From the human T2T-CHM13v2.0 reference genome, Homo sapiens: a stretch of DNA of 64,000 nucleotides. This document shows, in pieces, positions 46,257 through 59,036 of the stretch (position 1 is its first letter; each line of letters opens with the position of its first letter). The stretch lies in NCBI RefSeq assembly GCF_009914755.1, contig NC_060927.1, one strand, 5' to 3'. The notes below the pieces were generated by a model that saw only the letters and a program-made list of their open reading frames with translations, was not told the origin of the DNA and did no database searches. Both the position numbers and the translations under genes were made by a program.

Positions 46257-48753
46257 TACTTACCAACAGCCATGCTCTGTAGTGAGGACTTTCAGTGCAT
46301 TATCTCATTGACAATGACCCCATGTGTTATAGAAGCAGTGGGGACCACCATTCTCCAAGGCAATTCTTCCACAGCCTCTGTTCTAGAGTCAGGTCCAGGG
46401 AAGTTACCTGGGGCAAAACTCAAAGGCATCACTTTAGGTACAGGTGATTCTTTCCCAAAATCCAAGTGAGAAAAGAGTTTATGCTTCCTGCCTAAGGCTC
46501 TCTGAAGCACTGTTCCTGTCCCCTGGTTCCCTGTTCACCTGGGTCACTGTCCCTTGCCATCCCCATCATCTCTGTTCTTGTCTACCATGGAGCTCTTCCC
46601 AGAGCTATCAAGGAGTCTTTGGAGATTGGCAGGCCTGGGCTTGTATCCAGTGCTATGAGTATCAGCATGGTGGACTAGAAAGGGCATTTCACTCTTGGGC
46701 CCTCTGTTTCTTCATCTGTAAGATGTAAATTGTCATTTTGAGCATTAAAGAAAGTGAAGGTGCAGCATCCAGCAGAACACCTGGCACACGGAGGAATTTG
46801 ATACACATTGATTCCTCACACTGACTCAGCTCCCAGCAAACCAGATGGGTTACCGTCACTGTCCTGCCAAAAATATGTAGGGGATGCTCTTCCCCAAGCC
46901 CAGACCCCTTCCATTCAGCCCTGTTTGTAGAATGAAGTGCAAACACGCTCACAAACCAGCTCTGGTTTACTGTCCTCTTTTCCTGGCTACCCCATTCCCC
47001 CTCTTCCTGGTCATGCTAGATCCCAGGATTCCAGACTCTCTGAAGACCTTTGCTTAGGCTCTGACCTCCTGCTGAGGGTACTGTCCTTTCTCCATTCTGG
47101 AAAGACCTGTCCTTTCCTGAGAGCCTGGCTCCATGGCTGCCATGTCTTTCCCTCTGGCCCTAGCCCTCCTCTCCAGAAACATCCTCTGCCCCCTCATTTA
47201 TGCCCCCGTGTGGGGGTTTTGTCTCTCCTTCTGTTAGATTATTCATCACATTTTTCAGCAGTTTCTTTTTCACTGCACTCTCCTCCCTTGAACTTGGAGG
47301 CAGGGGCTGTGTTTTTTTTTTCATTCCCTTGGGACCATAGCAGAGGACCTGGAATAGAAATGCGCTTCTAAGGATGTTGTTGAATTGAACTGAATCCTCT
47401 TATTACAGGCCATCACAAATGGTTGTTGTTTTATCTGCTTGTTGGTTCTTTCAACTCTTCTTCTATTTAAATTTTGATTCTTGTTTGTTTCTGAAGACAG
47501 TAATTTTAGATGTATACCTAATGAAGTAATTACTTTCAGGATCTAATTTGTTTGTATTTTTAATCTCTTTTTTCAAAGGAATGGGAGTCCAGATGGAGTC
47601 TCGCAGTTGGATAGGAGCTGCACCTAGGCTAGAGAAATTCTGAAAGGTGGTACCAGGAGCAGTAAAGGACAATGGGAGAGCAGGAATGGTTACTAATAGT
47701 GTTTTATTTCACCCTGGTGCCCCGACATTTGTGAAAGGTTACAGTAATAGTAGGGAGCTGGAGTTTGTAGATGATTTATTTTTAAAAAATGGCTTAGAGA
47801 AGTTTCAAGGTTACTTCTATGATAACTTCAGGATCAAGCACTTGCTTTCTGTGTTTTGCCTGGGAAGGAGAAGGGTGGAGCCACCTTCAGCACCGTGAAA
47901 ATTGCAGCAGCAACTGTTGCAGCCTGTGGTGGCAGTCAAGTATGTTCCAGTGGGGGAAAGAGATTAAGAGCTACTGTCCCTGGGCTGACTTAGTTAGTTA
48001 TATATGCCACAGGTCCCCCTGTTTGAGAAAGGGATTGCCTTGCTGAGGGAAATGCAGACTAGACTTCCAGGATTTAAGAAGCACGGTAGAGACCAGTAGA
48101 TGGTCTGCAGGTGGCTCCCAGGCCTCCTCAGGAATGCTAGCCAGGTGCCCTGGCCAGCCATCGGGCTCGCACAGGGTGTGTGGTATGAATGTGAATATAA
48201 TATATCCTTGCTGCCTCCATGTTGACCCTACTCCCACAAAAGGCTCAGACCATGCTTCTTGCTTATCTGTGCAAAGACAATGATAGCACCTATCTCATGG
48301 GGGCTTTGTGAAGATAAAATGAAACAACGGATATTAAGCATTTCAGACTACTGTGTAACAAAAGTTTACTGAGAGCTCAATTGTTAGTATTGTTATAAGA
48401 ATGATGATAGTGACACCGGGTCCCCCACAGTGGCATGGCTTATGCCTGGGAATATCTCTGATCCTGAGCCAGGTAGCCTTCCTTTTTCTCCTGCACCTTG
48501 GAAACCCTTTTTTCACTGCAGTTGTACATCAAGAAATTCAGTGAAGGGAGGACAATGTGGAGGTAGAGTTGCTGGGTCAGAGGCTGACAAGCACCCTGGC
48601 AGGTGGCTCAGTCTTTGATACCTGCACCTGCTCTCCACCCACCTGCTCATGATGCATGGATGTGGTGAACCTCTGTGTGTCCATGTCCTACTTCTTAGGC
48701 CACTTTGCTCCCAGGAAGCTTGGTGTCTATGTCAGTGAAAGGCTGTAGGGCTT

Positions 48754-49098
48754 CGTATTAGTCTGTTTTCATACTGCTGATAAAGACATACCTGAGACTG
48801 GGAAGAAAAAGAGGTTTAATGGACTTACAGTTCCACATGGCTGGGGAGGCCTCACAATCATGGCGGAAGGCAAGGAGGAGCAAGTCACATCTTACATGGA
48901 CGGCAGCAGGCAAAGAGAGAGCTTGTGCTGGGAAACTCCTCCTTATAAAACCATCAGATCTCGTGAGAGTTATTCACTATCATGAGAACAGCATGGGAAA
49001 AACCTGCCCCATGATTCAATTTCCTCCCCCCAGGTCCCTCCCACAACACATGGGAATTCAAGATGAGATTTGGGCGGGGACACAGCCAAACCATATCA
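48754..49098 (-). mobile_element. THE1B-like solo LTR
   Basis: (c)gtattagtc...ccatatca; TSD GGCTT (48749-53 and 49099-103); cctcacaatcatggcggaaggcaaggaggagcaagtcac. Confidence 0.92.
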
Positions 49099-49616
49099 GG
49101 CTTTAAGTAATGCTCTGCTTTCCTTTTGCTGGTAACTCTTAGAAGGACCTGGGGGCCCTCAGATGTTTGGAAGCAATAGCTTCCAGGGACATAAAGAAAA
49201 TCTTTTCATTTTTTACACTCTTTTACTCTTCCCAAATCCAAGCTGATGGAAACTTCTGTCCAGAACACACTATCTACTCATTGACCTTAGAGACACTCAC
49301 CTGTGCCTTAGTCAACTGATGCCTCCATCAGTTTCTTTTCCTTCAGGTAACATTTTTGTGGTGCTTACTATGTTTCAGGCATAATATGATCTCATACAAT
49401 GCAATCCTACCCCAACTCACTGAAGCAGGAACCATTACTAATTCCCACTTTAGAGGTGAGAAAACTGAGGCTTAGAGACTTGCTCAGAATTACTCAGCTA
49501 GCAAAGTGGGCAATCAGCATGCAAGCCTAATACTTTGGCTTTAGAACCACCCGGGCTCCACACTGCCTCCCTATACTGTGCATCTCCACCACCCTGATGG
49601 CTGAGTTTTCAGCTAG

Positions 49617-50034
<418 letters not shown>

Positions 50035-51123
50035 TAAATGAAAACTAGTCTTATTTTACATAAACACTTCCAATTTCTTCCCTTTATGAAAATAATGTTG
50101 CAGCAAAGAGTCGTTTTAAAAATGGGAGGCAAATTCTGCATCAGAATGCCAATGGGTACCAACTGCTCACACATAGGGGATATTTCTGTTGGGAATGAGA
50201 CAGTTCCACATTTAATCCTGCAAACTTGCCATACCAAAATATGTCTAAGAGAAGTGAGTAAGGAGGTGATGATGATCAGAATGCAAAAAGGCTCTTCTCC
50301 TTGCCAGAAAGTTCACTGCAGTGTGTTTAGGAGAAGTGAATTCCTCCACTATAGCAACTGGAATGGCATTTGCAGAACTGGGTTCTGTGGGACACTGCCA
50401 CCATCTATTGATTTAATAAATATTCGTGGAGCACCTCTAGCATGCCAGACGCTGCATGGGTGTGAGGAGGTGTGGTGAGAGATGAGCAGACTCTGCCCAT
50501 GCTCTCTTGGAGCTTACAGGTCAGTGGGAAGGCAGGCGGGAAGTCAGCACACAGCTGGGCATATGATGCACCCGGAGGAAATGCTGTGGAGGAAAGGGTT
50601 GTGGTACAGTAAGAGTGTATCCCACAGCAGCTCAGCCTGGGTGAACTGGGAAGGTGGGGGTGGCCACGGGCAGAGGACACTTAGGCCCGCTGCCATCTGA
50701 AGGATGGGTAGGAAATAATTTAGCCAGGGGCTGGGGTGGGGTGGGAGGTGGAGAATATTGCAGTGGGAGAGAACACACCACACAAGCTATTGGTAAGTAG
50801 TCCTTCACAGAATGTTTTGGGTTGAAATAAGGGAGGGTGATGCCTTGGAGAATCTACCGCTTGTGCCATTGCACTATCTACCTGAGATGTTCAAGGAATA
50901 CGAATTTCTACTGTAGAAAAAGAAAGCCGTTCAATCTGATGCATCAGCTTTTCCCTAAGTTACTTGATTATGGCATCCTTTTATCATGGAACGTCTCAGA
51001 AGGTATGGACGTTTCCTGGGACCAAGAGATTCTGCTGAGCTGGAACTCCCTGTGCTCAAGAGAAAGGTCCCAAAGGTGCCCAGCAAGTGACAAAGATGCA
51101 GAAGAAAATGCATAGTAAAATCC

Positions 51124-51131
51124 GTGTGTGT

Positions 51132-51193
<62 letters not shown>
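51124..51193 (+). repeat. (TG)n(AG)n compound microsatellite
   Basis: Direct reading. Confidence 0.93.
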
Positions 51194-51196
<3 letters not shown>

Positions 51197-52972
51197 TATA
51201 AGTGGTTGTATATGCAGAAGATTTCTGGAGAGATGTTCAGGAAATTAATAGCGCTGACTTTCCACTTTCTACCCTTCTGTTCAGTTTGAATATTTTATGA
51301 GGAACATGTGCTGCTTTTTTAGTAATTAAAAATGAAAGAACTAAAGAAGTTGAGTTACAAAGCTGCCCATCTACAAGTTAGTTGTTCAGAGAACACAGCT
51401 ATCTGATAAAAGGAAATACGCCTGCATGTAAATTGTTAATGGCTTCCCAGGTGCTAGCTTTCTCTGCTTTGTGGTGAAAATGGCCAACAGTAGTTTTGTT
51501 AGAGGTAGCAGAACGCCCAAGTAAGTTGTTTCTGGCAGTCAGTGCAGATGCTACCTTTGCAGGAGATTGTGTTAAGTTTCATACTGTGTCCTTATGGTGG
51601 CAGTAGTTATTTTAAGATGAATGATGTTGGCCTGGGAAAAGAGAAATGGTTTCCCTCTAAAATGATTCTGTGATACTCTAGTCATCTGCCGATGGGTGTC
51701 ACAGACATGGAAATGCCCTGCCTCAAATATGAAGAACATTCTGCACTTGGGAAAAAAATATGTCAGTGCTTCCAAGGGTCACACTGGAAACTGGGATTAG
51801 AAGTGAGGTTTTCTTGTCTCAAGAAGTGACTGTGCAGTCCCATTTGTTCTCTCACTGACAGAGAACTTTCAAGAGGACTTTGTGAAGCACCTGTTCCTGG
51901 GCCTCAGTGGACCCTCGAGATGGGAGGCCCAGGGCTAAGTGGCCAAGAGTGCAGCAGCCAGTCTCCTCTGCTTAGATCCATTGTCAAAGGCCACATCCTG
52001 GAGCCTGACATGCATCAGGGACATGTGTCATTGGGGGTTTGGGCCAGGGGTTCCTTGTAGGCCATCTTCACTACCTGATGAATGCCTGACAACAGCACAG
52101 GTGGGCTTTGGGGATAAGGTGCCCTCTCTCAGGGATGTTCTCTGCTCAGGGCCACCAGTTCCTTAAGATGACATTTGAAAGTTCACACCTCAGATAGGTG
52201 AGTTTCTAGTACAAATGACTTGATGACCTTTCTTATTTCTGAAGACATCACAGGCTGCCCCGTGTGGCAGTGCCATTTCATCATCTCCAAAGTGCCACCG
52301 TCTGAACTCTTCCTTCATTCTTAAGTGACAGAGGTATTTCTGTACATTTCTGATGTTTTTCTTTTTTCCACCCTCACTTCACGGTGGTAGAACAATTCTG
52401 GAGTGGTTTCTACTTCAACAACTGCTGCTGTGCTGTTTCATGCCCACACATGTAGATATTTGCATGTCTCCATAGGCATAGAGATGCAACACACTGGTAC
52501 TTTATCATCTGGCAGGTGGACTGATCCACATCTTAGAGATCAATAAAATGGCCTACAGAGATTGAGGGTGCATAACTTTCAGACTGGAGTGAAAAGTCTC
52601 TGGGTTCCAAGTCTGGTTGCCCACTAGTGCTTTGAAGCAGAGCCCCAGCGGTTGAGTCCACGCGACCACATCTTCACCCGTGTCTACTTTATTCAAGTCC
52701 CAGGCTGGATGTGGGGAAATTGGATCAGAACTGACTTTCAGAGACTTTTCTGGGGTAGATTTTCATGTTCTCTACTCACTGCTATCAAAGGCAGGGTGGG
52801 AGGAGGGGAATTAGCAAGACAAAGTGCCCCCAAAATCCAGATGAAGAGGTGATGAAGGGCTGTCTGTTGGGTCTGCAGGCTCAGGACCAGTCGGGGTACC
52901 TGTGATAGACCAGCACTAGTGAGATAGTGGAAGTTTCCCCCTGCAGGAGTGGGAGCCCCAGAAAAGGCTGAG

Positions 52973-53080
52973 TTGGGTGGTGGTGATTTGCTTTTTCACA
53001 AACCACTTTACAGTAGTCCCTTCTAAGGATCACACGGATTTGGGTGGTGGTGATTTGCTTTTCCACAAACCACCTTACAG
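52973..53080 (+). repeat. 41-bp direct repeat x2 separated by a 26-bp spacer
   Basis: Copies at 52973-53013 and 53040-53080, 2 mismatches. Confidence 0.92.
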
Positions 53081-53593
53081 ATGAGAAGACGCAGGCTCAA
53101 GAAGGTTAGTTATTTCTTCAAGTGTGAATTTGGATCCAGGTCTGCCTGTTGTCCTAGCTGCGTTGCTTAAGTGGGCAAAAAGAGACTCCCCTCGAGCAGT
53201 GGCTTGGGAGAAGCCCAACCCCCAGGCTGCTCCTCATTGATGAAGAGGAAAGGTTTTCTTGGATCCGCCTGGTCAAAGCCAGATTAGAGTGTAGCCATGG
53301 CTAGTTCTTAATGACAGTTTCTGCAGCACAGGCTGACCTCAGCTAGGAAGCATTGGTGTGGGTATGCTAGTGGTTCAGATAGTGAAACGATGTGTGTGAT
53401 TGGTAAATGACATAGCTCCAAGACCCTCGCCCCAGGGCCTCTTGTCCACCCCAGCCCCTCCCCACAACTGAGGAGTCAGCATCGCAGACCACAGGCTGTG
53501 CCCACCTGCTGCACAGGCTGTAAACACTGAGTATCACCCAGGTGTAGAGCTGTTGCGTTCCTTCAACTACAATATAACGTGGTTTACTGACAG

Positions 53594-53601
53594 TGACGTC
53601 A
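53594..53601. promoter_or_regulatory. Full palindromic CRE (TGACGTCA)
   Basis: Exact motif in non-repetitive intron; function untested. Confidence 0.35.
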
Positions 53602-54981
53602 GCAGTAGGTAAATGTGCGTCTTCTCTTCATGCCCAACAGAGGTTCTGCCTCTTCTCTGAGGGGACTCCTGAGCCTCACAGGGCATCCAGGCGTCAGCTC
53701 ATGTCTCCTGATGCCCCCAAGGCTGCCTTGCCTTGGGCTCACCTTCCTGTTGCTCCAACCCTGCCTCCCTCCTTGCTCTGCATGCCCTTGGAAGCTGGCT
53801 GACAAGGCTTCCAGGGCTGTCTCATAGCCAGTGGACCAGGACCCCACTGGGCTGAGGTACGAGCCTAAAGTTGCCCCGGGCATCCTACCATAAGAGGTCA
53901 GCCATCTACCTCAGCTTTGCAGCCCTCAGGACCCCTGGTGCTTGGGGAAGTCGTTCTGGGGCTGGGCTTTCCTGGTGTCTTTCCAACAAAGCACAGTGGG
54001 CTCCAATAAGTATCGTGAATGGAATATTTTCAGGGACTGACCACATCTGCAGAGGCTTCTTTACATTAAAACAGGGCTGGGGATGGGGGTGGAATTTTCC
54101 CCTGCTAAATGCAGAGCTGAGACTAACACTGTGTGTCAGCGTGGTTACGAGTGGTGGTTGGGGTCCCATCCCCGCTCCTCCCTTTGCTAGCTGTCAGACT
54201 GGACAAGTTAGCCAACTCCTGTGAGAGTTCCGTAAGGCCTGAGACCCCTACAGCATGATGGGGAGAAGCTACCTGTGAGAAAGAATGGCAAGGAATGGTA
54301 GAGAGATGGTAGGGGAAGTGAGGGGTGAGGAAGGGGGAGAGAGAGAGAGGGAAAGCAAGAGCAAGCACCTGGGGTTCCCCCCAGTGTCTGAGAAGTGCCC
54401 CTCTGAGAAGCACCGAGATGGGGTCACACAGAGTCCTGGCGTCTTCTTCATGCACCCAGCACCTGTGTGACCTGGGCCAGTCATCTGGGACCAGCTGTAG
54501 GCTCCTCTTGGCCTCAGCCACCCGACTCATTGTTTTTGTGCCTGGTATTCTTGATAACCTGATTCCAGAAATGCTCTCTGCTTATCCTGACACATTTTAT
54601 TCTAGAGTTTTGGGTTTCTTTTCCTCTGTAGCTCATTCTAAGGAGTTCGATGAAGGAGATACTATGAGAAGTTGTTTCAACTGTCAAGATATGAAATATC
54701 TTTTGACATTTTTCAACCATTTTTTCCCCTCCCAGATGTCACTTGAGTTAATAAAACAGGAAAGAAGACTTGGGGTTTGGTGGTTATTTTTTTTACTTAT
54801 ACAGGAAAAGCCATCTTCAGCCTATAAATATGGATTCTGTATAGAATATTTGAAAATGACATTTAGTAGCTAATGTGAGGAATTAACAAGTATATGTCCC
54901 TTGAGAAATTGAGGGGGGAGAAAAGGGACTCAGGGGATGAGGGTGGAAACCTAAGAACCTCACAGGGTGTGGGGGTCCGAG

Positions 54982-55150
54982 TGCCACCTGCACACGGAAG
55001 GCATGGTGATGAACATGCTCTGTGCATGTCTGCCTGCAGGGAGGGGCCTCTAGGTGCCAACTGTCATGCCACCTGCACACGGAAGTCATGGTGACGAACA
55101 TGCTCTGTGCATGTCTGCCTGCAGGGAGGGGCCTCTAGGTGCCAACTGTC
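54982..55150 (+). repeat. 85-bp tandem duplication (2 copies), each containing a p53-family response element
   Basis: Copies start at 54982 and 55067, 2 internal mismatches. Confidence 0.93.
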
Positions 55151-58100
55151 CTCAGTTGACAGATGGGTGCCCTTTGGGGAGACATGAAATGCCTACACCT
55201 GTGAAATCTGCCATGTGTTGTGAAGGCCAGCCATTTCACACTCGTGGAGTCATCACTGAGAAAGAGGCTCCCCAGGGACTGGTTTCTAAGATGAGAGGTC
55301 AGTGTCCTGGTGTTAACAGTAATGACTTCTTAGCAAGGCAGGGGCTGTAAGAAAGCGGGGTTCACAGAGATGTGAGTAGGCCCGAACTGCCTTCCAGCCC
55401 AAATGCAATCTGGGGGACGCTCTGATCCCATTCACCCTCCACCATCTCACAGTGCTCTGGGTGACACCAGCGTTTGAGAGGCAGGGATGCCTCTTTTCCT
55501 ATAATCAAAATCTATAGACTAACAGCCCCACCCCAGAGTGAATTGGAGATGAAGAAGTCAGACTGTTCAACAGTGCAGTAGGGAGTATTTTCTGAGCCTT
55601 GCCTCCTTTTCAGGCAACACAGCGGCAATGATAATATCTTTTCCTATTCTAAGCAGTGCCTTTCCCTAATAAATAGCTTAGTCGTAGGAGATATGTAATA
55701 TACTTTCAGCTTGTGCCAGAAAGAGTCTTATCTCCCATTCCAGGCCTGTGGCATATATTTCTGTATAATGGATGGCCAACTTAGCAGGAATTGTTTCATA
55801 CTCTGTGTCTGAAGGGATTTGGTTTATATTAGCTCAGCTGACAGAAATCTAAGTCAGATGTCCTGTTGACAAAGGATGGAGACCAAGATCTGATTTTAAA
55901 TGGGCAGTGAGTATTAACTTGGTTGGTTGAAAAGCACAACATTACGCTGGCCCTGAATGGCTACGTTAAGGCCACTGGGGCCAGAACAGTGCCAGCCAAG
56001 AAGTGAAGCAAAGAGTTTGAACACACCTATTATATAAAGCTGTGTCTGCATTAAGAATAAAACCTCTTAAGATGGCAGATTGCAATATTGTGGAAACTAA
56101 AGTGGCCAGTGGAGACAAAGCTTGTCTTACAAAAGTGCAAGTTAACTTCCTAGTGGTTCCAGTATCCTTCTGCATAGATACTTCGGACTGAAGTTCATTA
56201 CATGTGCAAAGGCTGATATTTAGTGAGTGCCCTAGTGCAGTTCTTCCTGGCCTTTCTCACATTATAACACTCTGGGGAAGCAAGATGAGGCAACTCTGTC
56301 AGAAGTACTGGACCAGCACCATCTCCCTTCCTGAGAGCCAAGGGAAGAGTGTCTTGGCCCAGCAGTGGGAGGCTGGCTTTAGTGTTTAATCTGAGAAGCA
56401 GATGAAGCTGGGTCATCACACAGCTAATTTCTGGATGATGCTCAGTGTATTTGTCCCAAACAAAAGAGCAGTTCTCAAAACCTAGAACTGACTCAGTCCG
56501 TGGACAGCATCAGGAAGGAGTAACCTTTTAGCTGTAGAGAGACAACCTGGGGAGCCTCTGGACACCAGAGGTTGGAGCAGAGGCTCTCATCTCAGTCACT
56601 TACTGATCAAAATCGCTCAGAGAGCTGCTGTAATTTTTCCTAACCCCTTTATTGAGATACAATTCACATAACATACAATTTGCCTGTTTAAAGTGTACAA
56701 TTCAGTGGTTTTAGTGTATTCACAGATATTTGCAGCCATCAGTCACCATTACATTTTAGAGCATTTTCATCACCGCACAAAGAAACCCTGTACTCTTTGG
56801 CTATCGTTCCCTTGTCCCAACATTCACCCCACCCCTAAGCAACGAATGATCTTTCTGTCCCTATAGATTTACCTTTTCTGGATATTTTAGATAAATGTAA
56901 TCATATTATATGTGAGCTTTTGTGACTGGCTTATTTCACTTAGCACAGTGCTTTCAAGATTTTTCCATTTGTACCATATATCAGTATTCATTTCTTTTTA
57001 TGGCAGAATAATATTCCATTGTACATAAATACTACATTTTGTTTATCCATTCATCTGTTGATGGGCACTTGGGTTGCTACTTTTTGTCTATTATGAATAA
57101 TGCTGCTAAGAACACTCACATTTTTCTGTGGATACATGTTTTCATTTCTCTTGGGTATATACCTAGAAATGGAATTGCTGGATCAAATTGTAACTCTGTG
57201 TTTTACTGTTTGAAAAACTATCAAAGCGGCTGCATCATTTTTGATTCTCACCAGTAATGTATGTAGGTTCAGATTTCTTATCTGACTTTTTGTCAGAAGG
57301 GTGAGAAGTGGTTTTGATTTGTATTTCTGTGATGACTAATGATTTCAAGGCTTCTTTTTATGTGCTTATTGACCATTTGAATATGCTCTTTGGAGAAATG
57401 TCTCTTTAGATCCTTTGTTCATCTTTAATCGGGTTGTCTTTTTATTATGGTGTTGTAAGAATTTTTTATGTATTCCAGATACAAGTCCCTTTATCAAGAG
57501 ATATGATTTGCAAATATTTTCTCTGATTCTGTGAGTTGTCTTTTTTGCTTTCTGGATGATGCTCTTTGAAGAACAAAAGGTTTTAATTTTGATGAAGTCC
57601 AATTTACCTATTTTTAAATTTTGTTACTCATACTATTGGTGTCATATCTAAGAATCTGTTGCCAAAGCTAAGGTCATGAAAATTTATTCCTGTGTTTTCT
57701 TGTAAGAGTTGTATAGTTTTAGCTCTTACATTTAGGCTTGTGCTCTACTTGAGTTTTTTGTATGAGTTCTATTTGAGTTTTTGTGTGAGGTAAGAGTCCA
57801 ACCTCATTCTTTTGCATGTGGCTCTCCAGTTGTCTCAGCATGGTTTGTTGAAAAGACTGTTCTTTCCCCCATTGAAGCGAGTCATGATTCCCTTGTAGAA
57901 AATCAGTTTACCATGGACACACAGCTTTATTTCTGGACTCTCATGTCTATTGATCTATTTTTATGCTAGTCCTGATTCTTATTATTTTGTAGTAAAATTT
58001 GAAATCAGCAAGTATGAGTCCTCTGATTTTGTTCATATTTTTCAAGAGTGTTTTGGCTATTCCAGGTCCCTTGCAATTCTACATGTATTTTAGAATCAGT

Positions 58101-58555
58101 TTGTCAATTTCTACAAAGAGGTCACCTGGGATTCTGACAGAGATTGAACTGGATCTGTAGCTTTTTTTTGGAGAGTTTTGCCATTTTAACAATGTTAAGA
58201 TTTTAAATCCATGAATATGAGATATATTTTTTTTCATTTTACTTGGATCTTTAATTTTTCTCAACAGTTTTGTAGTTTTCAAACCCTTTGTTAAATTTAT
58301 TAAATTATTTCAAAATGTTTATTCTTTTTAATGATATTATAAATGAAATTGTTTTCTTAATTTCATTGTTGGGTTGTTATGGCAAGTGCATAGAAATACA
58401 ATTGATTTTTATGTATTTGTATTCTGCAATCTTGCTGACTTGTTTATTAGTTGTAATAGTTTTTTATTGGGTTTCTTAGGAATTTCTATGTACAAGCTTA
58501 TGTAATTTGTGAATAGAGATAATTTTACTTCTTTCTTTCAAATCCAAATGCCATT

Positions 58556-58948
58556 TCCTGAGTCTATTTTATGTTGCTATAACAGAATACCATAAAGTGA
58601 GTAATTTATATTGAACAGAAATTTATTTTGCTCATAGTTCCAGAGACTGGGAAGTCCAAGATCATGTCATTGGCATGCAACAAGGGACTTTGGGCTGCAT
58701 CATCTCATGGCAGGAGGCTGAAGGGCAAGAGAGGGTGAAAGTGAGAAAGGGAGAAAGCCAAGCTTATTTCTGTTTTCAGGAACTCACTCCTGCAGCAAAC
58801 CACTATTTTGATAATGGCCTTAATCCATTCATGAGGGCAGAGACCTCATGACCTAGTCAACTCTTACAGGTCTCATCTCTCAACACTGTTGTATTGGGTA
58901 CTAAGTTTCTAACACATGAACTTTGGGGGACACATTCAAACCAAAGCA
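58556..58948 (-). mobile_element. MST/MLT1-type LTR
   Basis: TSD CCATT (58551-55 and 58949-53); ...gggaagtccaagatc...ggggacacattcaaaccaaagca. Confidence 0.85.
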
Positions 58949-58950
58949 CC

Positions 58951-58971
58951 ATTTATTTATTTATTTATTTA

Positions 58972-59021
<50 letters not shown>

Positions 59022-59036
59022 GACCAACCTACCTAT
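58951..59036 (+). repeat. (TTTA)n(TTAC)n compound tetranucleotide repeat
   Basis: Direct reading. Confidence 0.92.

Noticed and set aside
48836-48851. PRDM9-A hotspot motif in THE1B (also checked in the other two THE1 LTRs)
   Set aside because: Reads CCTCCCCAGCCAT on the minus strand, the ordinary consensus form lacking the T and terminal C of CCNCCNTNNCCNC.
52973-53080. CRISPR-like repeat-spacer-repeat
   Set aside because: Only two repeats, primate intron, no cas genes; kept as a duplication finding.
54325-54873. 182-aa ORF, and other 100-155-aa ORFs in unique DNA
   Set aside because: Non-ATG start in a GA-rich tract, no recognisable domain or exon structure; compatible with chance ORFs.
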